DNA from: Rhodothermales bacterium
Lineage (GTDB): Bacteria; Bacteroidota; Rhodothermia; Rhodothermales; Bin80
NCBI GenBank assembly: GCA_022822185.1
Contig: JAJECE010000050.1
Location: forward strand, 63,650-127,649
Direction of reading: 5' to 3'
DNA: 64,000 nt
Under the pieces are notes generated by a model that searched no databases, was not told the DNA's origin, and saw only the letters and a program-made list of their open reading frames with translations. Positions 40,744 through 49,929 of the stretch are shown in pieces; within the stretch, counting starts at the first letter, position 1, and every line of letters starts with the position of its first letter. A program made the position numbers and the translations under genes.

Positions 40744-41664
40744 ATGAAAACTCAAGATTCAGCCCGCTGGGTGTTTATCTGTCTATTCCTGATTGGAATT
40801 ATCCTTCCTACCTGTGTAGAGGCACAAGAACAGAAGCCCCTCCGGATTATTGCCTTCGGAGGACATCCAGATGACTGCGAGGTACGCGCGGCCGGCGTTG
40901 CTTCCATGTGGGCCGCAATGGGACACAAAGTGAAATTCGTCTCCGTCACGAATGGAGATATCGGACATTACGCAATGGCAGGCGGCCCACTTGCCCTTAC
41001 ACGAAAGGCCGAGATTGAAGACTGCCGGGACATCCTGGGGATAGAAGAGACCGTCATGCTTGATAACCATGACGGAGAACTCATGCCTACGCTGGAGAAC
41101 CGCAAGATTATTGCTCGACTGATTCGGGACTGGCAAGCCGATATCGTCCTGGGGCCGCGCTCAAATGATTATCACCCTGACCACCGGTATACGGCAATAC
41201 TGGTTCAGGATGCCGCATTCATGGTAACCGTTCCCTTTTTTACACCTACGACTCCGCGTGTAGAAAAAAATCCGGTATTCCTGTACTACTACGATCATTT
41301 TCAACGGCCCTATCCCTTTGAACCGGATATTGCCGTGGATATTGGTCCGGTCGGAGACCAGAAGTATGGTTGTATGGCTGCACTCAGGAGTCAGTTTTCC
41401 GACTGGAATGCATGGCTTGCCGGGTACCACGATCAGGTTCCTCAAGAAGAGGAGGCCCGCAAGGCCTGGATTCGGGAACGCTTTCAGGCCCGGGATGCAC
41501 ATGTGGCAGACACCTACAGAGATTTACTCATACAGTATTATGGAGAGGAACGTGGACGGGCGATTGAATTTGCAGAAGCCTTTGAGATCTCGGAATACGG
41601 GAGTCAGCCAACATCAGAGCAACTGAGAGCACTATTCCCGTTTTTTGATGAACGGCCAGAATAG
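40744..41664 (+). CDS. PIG-L/LmbE-family deacetylase, exported
   Basis: 'GHPDD', 'YHPDH'; signal peptide. Confidence 0.88.
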   Translation: MKTQDSARWVFICLFLIGIILPTCVEAQEQKPLRIIAFGGHPDDCEVRAAGVASMWAAMGHKVKFVSVTNGDIGHYAMAGGPLALTRKAEIEDCRDILGIEETVMLDNHDGELMPTLENRKIIARLIRDWQADIVLGPRSNDYHPDHRYTAILVQDAAFMVTVPFFTPTTPRVEKNPVFLYYYDHFQRPYPFEPDIAVDIGPVGDQKYGCMAALRSQFSDWNAWLAGYHDQVPQEEEARKAWIRERFQARDAHVADTYRDLLIQYYGEERGRAIEFAEAFEISEYGSQPTSEQLRALFPFFDERPE

Positions 41665-41823
41665 GAGGTGACTCAACAACAACCCCCGTTCATAGGATGC
41701 TTCCGGGGAGTACAGGATTAGCCAACCGCACTATCGCTGCGATCAGATGCCTCCACTGATCCACGATTGCACCTCAATTCAACGGTAATCCCATCAAAGT
41801 AAAATGCGGGAATTAGATTGATC

Positions 41824-42603
41824 ATGCAGTTACAGGGAAAAACATTTATCATTACAGGATCTGCAGGAGGCATTGGACGCGCCATTGCCCATGCGTGTAT
41901 TCAAGAGGGCGCACAGGTTCTTCTGGTAGACCGGAATGAAACTGGGCTGCATGAGTCGCAGAGAATTTTAGGTGAGCACAGTAAGATCCATGTTGACGAC
42001 CTACTGGATCCGGAATCTGCACCCCGTATTGTTAATTCAGCACTCAGTCAGTACGGAGCATTGGATGGGGTCGTGAATAATGCTGCACTCCTGACAAGAT
42101 CAACAATTAAAACGACGACCCCCGATCTTTTTGACCGTGTCGTGAACGTCAATGCAAAGGCCCCACTCCTATTGATTCAGGCTGGATTAGAGTACTTAAC
42201 CCAACGTAAAGGAAGTATCGTAAATATCGGATCCATCAATGCACACTGCGGAGAAGAACCACTTCTGGCTTACAGCATGTCCAAGGGGGCATTAATGACC
42301 ATGACCCGCAATCTTGGCAACAGTCTTCATATGCAATACGGTGTTCGAGTAAACCAGATTAATCCTGGATGGGTGCTGACCGAAAATGAATACCAGATCA
42401 AGATTAACGATGGACTGCCCGAGGATTGGCCAAATCGTATACCACATGATGTGGCCCCGTCTGGCGCACTGATTACACCTGAGACGATTGCCGCCGCCGC
42501 GGTTTATTGGCTGAGTGATCGTTCCCGTCCCATCAGTGGGACGGTAATTGATATGGAACAGTATCCAGTTATCGGGCGATACCCGGTGAAGGAAGTCGCA
42601 TAG
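41824..42603 (+). CDS. SDR-family oxidoreductase
   Basis: TGSAGGIG, NNAA, YSMSK. Confidence 0.9.
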   Translation: MQLQGKTFIITGSAGGIGRAIAHACIQEGAQVLLVDRNETGLHESQRILGEHSKIHVDDLLDPESAPRIVNSALSQYGALDGVVNNAALLTRSTIKTTTPDLFDRVVNVNAKAPLLLIQAGLEYLTQRKGSIVNIGSINAHCGEEPLLAYSMSKGALMTMTRNLGNSLHMQYGVRVNQINPGWVLTENEYQIKINDGLPEDWPNRIPHDVAPSGALITPETIAAAAVYWLSDRSRPISGTVIDMEQYPVIGRYPVKEVA

Positions 42604-42695
42604 TATTGTGCTGCATCTTACAGATTCGGGATCGTCTTTGCTTTGGAGCCTGATTACATGAATTTTTGAGCTCAAATAGGTTTGGGAAATCTCAT

Positions 42696-43526
42696 ATGGA
42701 GACAGGATCGGATTCATTGAAGATTGCGCTGATCAGTGAGGTTTTCAGCGCAGAAGAGGCGCTGATTGCATGTCTGCAGGAAGCACATAAGCAAGGAGCA
42801 GATTTGGCCGTCCTGCCCGAATTGCCACTCAATGAATGGTCTCCAGCTACCAGACAGGCAAGAACTGAAGATGCCGAAACTCCAGGTGGCTGGCGGGAAA
42901 CTGTGCAGCGTAATGCCGCCCGGAGAATAGGGATTGCCGTACTGGGAGGTGTGATCCGTGTCATGCATGATGGTCACCGCATAAACCTTGCAATGCTCAT
43001 TGATGCACACGGAGATATCGTAGGCACATCAGAAAAACACGTTCTGCCTGACGAAGAGGGATTCTGGGAATGTGACCACTATGAACCCACGGATAATCCT
43101 CCGCGCGTCATTGAATGTATGGGTACAAAGTTCGGGGTCCAGATTTGCTCGGATGCCAATCGGCCTACCGCGGCACAGCTGCTTGCAGCGCAGGGGGTAC
43201 AGGTGATTCTGGCCCCGCGTGCAACCAGTCCATCTTCATGGAACCGATGGCATCTGGCTTACCGGGCAATGGCACTTACCGCCTCCGCCTGGGTGATGTC
43301 CGTGGGCCGCCCCCGACCGGAGTTCGGTGTTGAGATGGGAGGTCCATCTCTGGTTGTGGATCCAATGGGAGAGGTGGTTTTGGAGACCATGGAGCGCATT
43401 TCGACTGTGGAGATTGATTGGCGTGCGGTCAAAGATGCCCGTCAATCGTATCCCGGCTACCTTGCATGGCCGGCCAAGGCATATGTGGCGGGCTGGCAGG
43501 AAATTTTCAACAACCAACAAAAATGA
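42696..43526 (+). CDS. Carbon-nitrogen hydrolase (nitrilase superfamily)
   Basis: E-K-C triad: 'LPEL', 'KHVLP.EEGFWE', 'QICSD'. Confidence 0.88.
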   Translation: METGSDSLKIALISEVFSAEEALIACLQEAHKQGADLAVLPELPLNEWSPATRQARTEDAETPGGWRETVQRNAARRIGIAVLGGVIRVMHDGHRINLAMLIDAHGDIVGTSEKHVLPDEEGFWECDHYEPTDNPPRVIECMGTKFGVQICSDANRPTAAQLLAAQGVQVILAPRATSPSSWNRWHLAYRAMALTASAWVMSVGRPRPEFGVEMGGPSLVVDPMGEVVLETMERISTVEIDWRAVKDARQSYPGYLAWPAKAYVAGWQEIFNNQQK

Positions 43527-43701
43527 TGACGGACATGAACTGTCTAGCGTCAGCAAAACTTCCTGCGTTAAAATTTGTGCCGAAAAAGATTTGCTTTCAT
43601 TGGTGAGCAGTAGCCGGCCTGGGAAGTGGATCCAGTGACTCTTTAGGTCCATCGGCGGTCAGACTGAACAATGATTCTGTGCCCGGCGAATCGGATAGTC
43701 C

Positions 43702-44304
43702 TCAATTTACCTTGTGGAACAGCTTATCCACGATGTGGGTCGGCTCGCCGATATATCTCTGAAAATATATACGTTCCACTCTGCGGTTACAGTCGTGAGC
43801 CAGGATATGTTTGCAGTTCAAATTTGATGCAGAGAAGATGCTTTGCATGCGGCCGGGAAACCGTCCTTTATTACCTCTTGGAGCGTCAATAAACACTACA
43901 TCCCAGAAAGTTTCAAGAACAGCCCGGGGTAAGGATAACTGGAGTTTTTCGGGTTGGTCAATAATCCGCCTCCACTGCCTTCGCTTGGTCGTATAAGTTA
44001 TTTCTTCCACCACAATGGTCGGATTTTGGGATTTTACCTTTTGAATCCAATACGTGCTGTCTTCCAGAAATAGCGTCTGTCCGCCAGAATTAATATCCAT
44101 CCAGTAGGGGGAGTCATAGCCGATACCAAAGACGAGAATATTCCCGGGAGCGTGCAAGTCAATCAGATTGCCGATATATTGATATTCTCCGAGAGAGCAG
44201 TTCCCGGGATTGGAATCTACCAATTTTTGAAAATCAACATCCATGCCTCTGCTCATTACCGTTGTTGTCTGTAAAATGATATTGGGCGCAGTCATTATGG
44301 TCAA
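43702..44304 (-). CDS. DUF579-like (plant glucuronoxylan 4-O-methyltransferase-like) protein
   Basis: 'NILVFGIGYDS..W..INSGGQTLFLED', 'WDVVFIDAPRG....PGRMQSIFSA', 'HDCNRRVE'. Confidence 0.75.
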   Translation of the reverse strand: MTIMTAPNIILQTTTVMSRGMDVDFQKLVDSNPGNCSLGEYQYIGNLIDLHAPGNILVFGIGYDSPYWMDINSGGQTLFLEDSTYWIQKVKSQNPTIVVEEITYTTKRRQWRRIIDQPEKLQLSLPRAVLETFWDVVFIDAPRGNKGRFPGRMQSIFSASNLNCKHILAHDCNRRVERIYFQRYIGEPTHIVDKLFHKVN

Positions 44305-44505
44305 ACTTGCGGGCCCTGTTTACTCCTGCGGGTAGGATGATTTTAATTGACCGCAATGGTCATTAATCGAAACATGAACAGGGATCTTCCATTTCCACAT
44401 GCATACTTCAAGTAGAAAGCGTTTTCCCGAACTTAATCCATGGACATCGTACATCTCGAAAGGGTCGTAGTCGGGGCCCGTTACGCCAGTATTCCTGCAA
44501 AGTTA

Positions 44506-44650
44506 GGGAATTATATCCATGAGTCACAACTCTCATGGTCTTTTTGGTGTTTCATCGCCCGTTGCCTGTCATTGCAGGCTTGCACTCCGCAATGACAGGT
44601 CTTACATAGGCTCCACAACCCGTTCGGTACAATTCGTGCCAGGATGCCAT
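44506..44650 (-). ncRNA. Putative TnpB omegaRNA (reRNA) scaffold overlapping the tnpB 3' end; 5' limit uncertain
   Basis: Minus strand GTGGAG..GTAAGACC, perfect stem CCTGTCATTGC/GCAATGACAGG, CGATGAAAC, terminal hairpin CCATGAG/CTCATGG. Confidence 0.55.
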
Positions 44651-45841
44651 CCCCGACGCCCGGATATTTACGGACGCATTCGTGTCCGCATTCGCCTGGT
44701 ACCCGCACGCCAGACATAGAAACTCGGACTGCTTTTGCCGATTCTTTGCGTTCACATAGGAACACTTGCTACATGTCTGCGATGTATAATGCGGGGGTAC
44801 CTTGATCACCACGCCTCGCTCCCGCAGGAACTGCTCCAGTATCGCCCATCCTGTTCCCAGTATTGAGCGGTTCAGTCCTGCTTTCTGCTTCACGTTCCTG
44901 CCCGGCTTCTCGACCGTTCCTTTCGCGCTTGCGGTCATACCCTTGGTTTTCAGGTCTTCCAGGATTACAAGCGTAGAGATTTCGGTGAGCGATAAGGCAA
45001 TATGACGCAAGTCATTCCTTCGGATGTTCTTGATCTTGCGTTCGTGGCGTGCAATGGTTTTCTTTAGTTTCCTCCAGGAATAACTTCCTTTCTGTTTTTT
45101 CGATAATCGACGTTGAAGCTTCTGAATGCGCTTTTCAATACCCGATGTGTCGGTCAGATAGAAGATCCTTCCCGCACTGTCCGCAACCTGCCCGCAATTG
45201 CGGTCGACCCCAATGCCAATGCCGTCCGCGTATTGTAGGGTCGCGTCCACTTCATAGACGACCGTCATATACCAGTTCCCGTTTTCTTCAAAGATGCGAG
45301 CCGTCTTGGGTACGGGGTTTGTGTAGCGGTTCACTCGATAAAATCGCAGCATCTTCATATGCATTCCCCGCTTTAGCCGAACGTATTCATTCGTTGAAAA
45401 TATCTTCCCCCCTGACACAGCTACGCTGAAGCTTTTTTTCGCCTTGCCCCTTTTCTTGAACCTGGGCAGCCCCCGCTTTTTCTTGAAGAACTGCTTGTAG
45501 GCATCCGCCAGATCCTTCAGTCCAGTGCGAGTCGCGTTTACGGGATACTCTCTTAGCCAAGGTGCGACCGTATCCTTGTGTACTTTATACCACTTGTAGA
45601 AATCAAACTGAGAGGTCTGGGATTGCCCGGTTTCCGCATAATCGTCTTTGGCTTTCGCCAGCGCCGCATTCCAGAGATACCGGTTGACACCCGCCAGTTT
45701 ATTCAGAAACCGGCAGGTCTTTTTGTCGCCTCGCAGACGAAAGCGGATCGTCACATGCTGCCGTGTCCTTGAACCAGCGGGGGACTTTGTCTTACAATCT
45801 TTAATGGGCATAGCATCAAGCGGATGATGTTGTGTAGACAA
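44552..45841 (-). CDS. tnpB: RNA-guided endonuclease TnpB
   Basis: N-terminal OrfB HTH; RuvC D 'GIGVDRN', E 'ILEDL', D 'NADTNA'; Zn ribbon CSKC/CLAC. Confidence 0.95.
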   Translation of the reverse strand: MSTQHHPLDAMPIKDCKTKSPAGSRTRQHVTIRFRLRGDKKTCRFLNKLAGVNRYLWNAALAKAKDDYAETGQSQTSQFDFYKWYKVHKDTVAPWLREYPVNATRTGLKDLADAYKQFFKKKRGLPRFKKRGKAKKSFSVAVSGGKIFSTNEYVRLKRGMHMKMLRFYRVNRYTNPVPKTARIFEENGNWYMTVVYEVDATLQYADGIGIGVDRNCGQVADSAGRIFYLTDTSGIEKRIQKLQRRLSKKQKGSYSWRKLKKTIARHERKIKNIRRNDLRHIALSLTEISTLVILEDLKTKGMTASAKGTVEKPGRNVKQKAGLNRSILGTGWAILEQFLRERGVVIKVPPHYTSQTCSKCSYVNAKNRQKQSEFLCLACGYQANADTNASVNIRASGMASWHELYRTGCGAYVRPVIAECKPAMTGNGR

Positions 45842-45962
45842 TCAGGGAGGCACTATCCTTTCCGATTGTATCCATTTTATCCACCTGAATGGGAAAGGTT
45901 CCCCTCATTGTGACTTATGGATATAATTCCCATTTGTATCGGTAAAGGAACAGAAAGATACT

Positions 45963-47540
45963 TCACGGGAGCGCAGGTTCCACCATCACCACTTCTTCCC
46001 GGCTTACCGCAACCTCGCCAAGTGGAGTCCCACGTACCTTACGAACATATTTCCTGGGGGTTACGATGACCGGAGCAATGCTGCTGGTGCGTGCCTTGCT
46101 GTGCCAGGCCGCAATCGCCGCCGCCTGTTCAATCAGGTGGCGGCTTGGCTGCGCATCACGTTTCGGAAGCCGCAATACCGCGTGGGCACCGCTTACTCCA
46201 CGCGCATGAAGCCACAAATCGTAGGGGCGGGCATGCCGAAGCGTAAGCATCTCACTTTCTTTTGCATTACGCCCGACCCATAATTCATACGGAGGCGCAA
46301 GAGCATAGCGACGGAATGGCCGCCCAGGTGATCCCGGCTTCGTGCGACCCTTCTGAAATGCTTGCAACTCCTTATAGGTCTTCGCCTTTTCCAGTTCCGT
46401 CAGGTCTCTTTTCAATGAGAGCACTTTCTCTTCGACCTGCCTGATGAGTATATCCAGATGGGTCCGGGATGTGCGTGCCTTTCGGGCTTTTAAATAATAG
46501 CGCTCGGCATTCTGCAGCGAGTTTAATGCCGGATCCAGAGACACCGTGACCTTTGTTCCCGGATGAAATACATCCGGCAGTTCCACACGGGAATTGCCGG
46601 CGGACAGCGGTGGCGAAGCCATCAGAATATGCCCGATCCGTTCGTATTCATCTGCGCGTGAGGGGGTTGAGCGTTCCATACGCATTCGCTTTGCCGAGCG
46701 CTCGGCCTTGTCTAGCATCCGCACGAGGTTTTTCCGCAGCGGCTCATACCGGGCCCGGTAGGCTCTCTCGGAGAGTACGCGCTGTGCATAGGTGCGCAGC
46801 GCATCATCCACATCATCATATTTCTGCACCTCCGCGTCCATTCGCCCGGCAAGAGGAATCAGAGAAAGTGCAGGCGGGTTCTGATATACATACAATGCAT
46901 CCCGGGTATTCAATAATTGCAGGTGCAATGCCTGTGCCGCTTCATAGACTGCAGCGGGGTTCGGTGGATCTGTCCCTTCGCAGGGCTTCAGCACTTCTCG
47001 GGCCTGATCTCGATTGAAGCGTACATAGATGCGCTGCAGTGCTTTGATTCGGTTCTCTGCCACCGGATTCCATTTAGCGGTAAACTCGGTCAGACTCTGA
47101 GGCTCCGGTGCCGCGCGTGCCGGCGGGAACTCCACCGGACCACCTTTACGAAATGCTTCCTGTACATGTCCGCTTTCATTTCCTAGAAGCACATTCGCCC
47201 GACTCCCGTACAGATGCGCCTGCAGTTGAAGCCCACCCGTAAACGCCAGAATCAGAATTCGATCCCCCTCGGAAACACGCACGCCTGTAACGGACTGCTG
47301 CCGCAGTGTACGAAAAAGAGATTTTGCATTACGCCGGGGGCGACCAGCATCCTTGCGTCGAAATGCGCCAACGATGGGTGCATGCGTCAGAAACGAGATC
47401 GCTGTGGTTTCTGCGTGGTGCTCCAGTGCAATAATGAGTTCCCCAGGTGCATGGCACCATGCATCCGTGAACGCAGCACCCAGAATGGATTGATCCCAGA
47501 TACGGGCAAGCCTGTGCAGAATATAGTAATTGTTGAGCAT
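45963..47540 (-). CDS. NFACT/Rqc2 (RqcH, FbpA-like) ribosome quality-control protein
   Basis: 'DRIL' NFACT-N, 'NAERYY..ARK', NFACT-R 'VGRNAKE..WLHARGVSGAH'. Confidence 0.85.
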   Translation of the reverse strand: MLNNYYILHRLARIWDQSILGAAFTDAWCHAPGELIIALEHHAETTAISFLTHAPIVGAFRRKDAGRPRRNAKSLFRTLRQQSVTGVRVSEGDRILILAFTGGLQLQAHLYGSRANVLLGNESGHVQEAFRKGGPVEFPPARAAPEPQSLTEFTAKWNPVAENRIKALQRIYVRFNRDQAREVLKPCEGTDPPNPAAVYEAAQALHLQLLNTRDALYVYQNPPALSLIPLAGRMDAEVQKYDDVDDALRTYAQRVLSERAYRARYEPLRKNLVRMLDKAERSAKRMRMERSTPSRADEYERIGHILMASPPLSAGNSRVELPDVFHPGTKVTVSLDPALNSLQNAERYYLKARKARTSRTHLDILIRQVEEKVLSLKRDLTELEKAKTYKELQAFQKGRTKPGSPGRPFRRYALAPPYELWVGRNAKESEMLTLRHARPYDLWLHARGVSGAHAVLRLPKRDAQPSRHLIEQAAAIAAWHSKARTSSIAPVIVTPRKYVRKVRGTPLGEVAVSREEVVMVEPALP

Positions 47541-47760
47541 TCCCGGAAAGATAATGCGTAACCGACCATTTCATGCGAAAGAGTTGATGGTTAGTACCGG
47601 ATCACCGATTCCTGCCGCGGCGACCTTTCCAGTGGACGCATCATTTGAACGACATTAAAGCTTGGATGCACAATCACTGTCTGATCTTTCCCAATTGCTG
47701 ACTATACTGGAACAACGATCAGAGGATCAGGTATAACGCGCTCACTCCCCAAAACGCCTG

Positions 47761-49323
47761 ATGAGAAAGATCTGTCACTTCGTATTGATTGCCGTCTTAT
47801 CCTCCCAGTCCGTCTGGGCACAGTCGTCTCATTCAAGTATTCGTGGATCCCGCGTAGCGTGCGTAAATAAGATGGCCTCTGATCATGCGTGCAGGGATAT
47901 TGACCTCCTAGCCCGCCTGTCTAGAGTGGATATGGAGGCGCAGGAAATTCTGCTCAACGATATCTGGGGTTGGACCGATCCTGAGACAAAACGTGAATAT
48001 GCCCTCGTAGGCACCGCGAAGTTTGTGGCTTTCGTAGATGTGACGGATCCCGTCAATCCCATCTACCTTGGAAAACTTCCAGGTCATGATTCGCAGGTTC
48101 CCATCATTTGGCGGGATATGAAGGTCTACAACAACCACATGTATGTGACCGTTGACGGGGGTAACAATGGAATGCAGGTTTTTGATCTTCGTCAACTGCG
48201 CGACGTTGTGGGGACTCCCCGGGATTTTAAGGAAACTGCACATTACGATGGAATTCTAACAGCACATAATTTGGCGATCAACGAAGAGACCGGCTACGCC
48301 TACATTACCGCTTATCGCCTTTCACGCTCAGATGAGGGTGTAAAAGACACCTGTAATGGCGCGGGACTGCACATCGTGGACATTCGAGATCCAGGCAATC
48401 CGACGTATGCAGGCTGCTTTGCAGATCACAACACCGGTTATGCAGGAAGCGGGTACTCCCATGATGCGCAGTGTGTGATTTACCGCGGCCCGGATGCAAA
48501 CTATCAGGGCCGGGAAATCTGTATCGGATCGAATGAAAACCACATCAGTATTGCTGACGTGACGGATAAGGCAAATCCTGTGTCTGTAGGAATTGCAACA
48601 TATCCCAACGTGGGATATGCGCATCAGGGCTGGCTGACCAGCGATCAGGATTACTTCATCATGAATGACGAGACTGACGAAGGAAACCCGGATATCACGA
48701 ACACGAGGATGATTATCTGGGATCTGCAGGACATTGAAGATCCAGTCTACCATTCTGCATTTTATTTTTCCTCTACTGGCGCGGACCACAACCTTTATGT
48801 GCACGGGGATTATGTGTTTGCGGCCAACTACACAGAGGGACTCCGCATTGTGGATATTTCAGATATTAATGAGCCCCGGGAGATTGCATTCTTCGACACG
48901 CATCCAGAGCGTAGCACTGGTCTTGACGGAGCCTGGAGTTCCTATCGATTTCCCGGGAGCGGTACGACCATCGTCGGGAGCCACCCGCATGGACTGATGA
49001 TTTTGGATCCGCGCTCGGTCACCGTCGCCACACATACCGAAACATCCGTCACAATTCCAGAGGCTTTCTCGCTGTCGCCCGCGTACCCAAACCCGTTCAA
49101 TCCTGTAACCTCCACCATACTCTCGCTGCCTGAGCAGGCCGAGGTTCGTGCAGATGTTCTGGATTTGCTTGGACGTTCTGTTGAAGTCCTGGAGGACGGT
49201 GTCCTGTCTGCCGGGGAGCATACGCTCACCTTTGATGCCAGCCAACTCCCGAGTGGCACCTATTATATTCGTGTCCAAACCGACGGATATTTGACCGGTA
49301 CCCGGGCTATTCTGGTCAAGTAA
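47761..49323 (+). CDS. Choice-of-anchor B (LVIVD-repeat) protein with T9SS sorting domain
   Basis: 'NDIWGWTDPET..EYA', 'WRDMK', 'HDAQCV', 'HQGW', 'AYPNPFNP'. Confidence 0.85.
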   Translation: MRKICHFVLIAVLSSQSVWAQSSHSSIRGSRVACVNKMASDHACRDIDLLARLSRVDMEAQEILLNDIWGWTDPETKREYALVGTAKFVAFVDVTDPVNPIYLGKLPGHDSQVPIIWRDMKVYNNHMYVTVDGGNNGMQVFDLRQLRDVVGTPRDFKETAHYDGILTAHNLAINEETGYAYITAYRLSRSDEGVKDTCNGAGLHIVDIRDPGNPTYAGCFADHNTGYAGSGYSHDAQCVIYRGPDANYQGREICIGSNENHISIADVTDKANPVSVGIATYPNVGYAHQGWLTSDQDYFIMNDETDEGNPDITNTRMIIWDLQDIEDPVYHSAFYFSSTGADHNLYVHGDYVFAANYTEGLRIVDISDINEPREIAFFDTHPERSTGLDGAWSSYRFPGSGTTIVGSHPHGLMILDPRSVTVATHTETSVTIPEAFSLSPAYPNPFNPVTSTILSLPEQAEVRADVLDLLGRSVEVLEDGVLSAGEHTLTFDASQLPSGTYYIRVQTDGYLTGTRAILVK

Positions 49324-49927
49324 GAAATTTCAGGACGGCAAAGCCTCCTATCAGCAGTACGGTGAAGGCGACTGCAAGCCAGTTAAAGTAGCGATCAATA
49401 AAGGCCTGTACAGGCTCACCAAATCGCCAGATTAAACCGCTGACAAGCATGAACCGGGCCGTTCGACTGGTCGCAGAGGCCAGCAGGAATAGCGGAAAAG
49501 AAATCCCGAAAGCGCCCGCGCTGATGGTGAACAGTTTGTAGGGTACCGGTGTGAATCCGGCAGTGAAAATAATTGCAAAGCCCCACTCTTCAAATCTTTG
49601 CCCCAAATCCGTATAGACTGCCTCGTTGAATCCAGGCACGTTGTGAAAGAAGAACTGTGCAAGGGGCGTGAATCCATCCGCAGCGATCCATGCATAATGG
49701 CCGAGCATATAGCCTACTGCGCCTCCACATAAGGAGCCGACGCTGCAGATCAGTCCAAAGTACAATGCTTTTTTTTGCCGTCCCAGTGCAAGTGCAATCA
49801 GGAGCACATCCGGGGGGACTGGAAAGAAAATTGACTCACAGACCGCCAACACAAACAGCGACAATGCTCCATAGGGGGTTTGCGCCCAGCTGAGTACCCA
49901 GTTATATAACTGCCGAATCCAGTGCAA
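49316..49927 (-). CDS. DedA/YqaA-family membrane protein
   Basis: 'ESIFFPVPPD', 'GFTPVPYK.FTISAG'. Confidence 0.88.
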   Translation of the reverse strand: MHWIRQLYNWVLSWAQTPYGALSLFVLAVCESIFFPVPPDVLLIALALGRQKKALYFGLICSVGSLCGGAVGYMLGHYAWIAADGFTPLAQFFFHNVPGFNEAVYTDLGQRFEEWGFAIIFTAGFTPVPYKLFTISAGAFGISFPLFLLASATSRTARFMLVSGLIWRFGEPVQAFIDRYFNWLAVAFTVLLIGGFAVLKFLT

Positions 49928-49929
49928 GA

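Larger units (their letters stand above)
44506..45931 (-). mobile_element. 1426-bp non-autonomous element: tnpB between 24-bp terminal inverted repeats, no transposase
   Basis: GGGAATTATATCCATGAGTCACAA (44506-44529) vs TTGTGACTTATGGATATAATTCCC (45908-45931), 23/24 complementary. Confidence 0.85.

Noticed and set aside
44345-44365. Short palindrome TGACC-N5-GGTCA upstream of the DUF579 gene
   Set aside because: Too short to distinguish from chance; spacing differs from the mini-TonB motif
43702-45931. DUF579 gene as cargo of the tnpB element
   Set aside because: It lies outside the inverted repeats; adjacency only
44498-45939. Target-site duplication around the tnpB element
   Set aside because: Flanks CAAAGTTA and ATTTGTAT do not match; no TSD claimed
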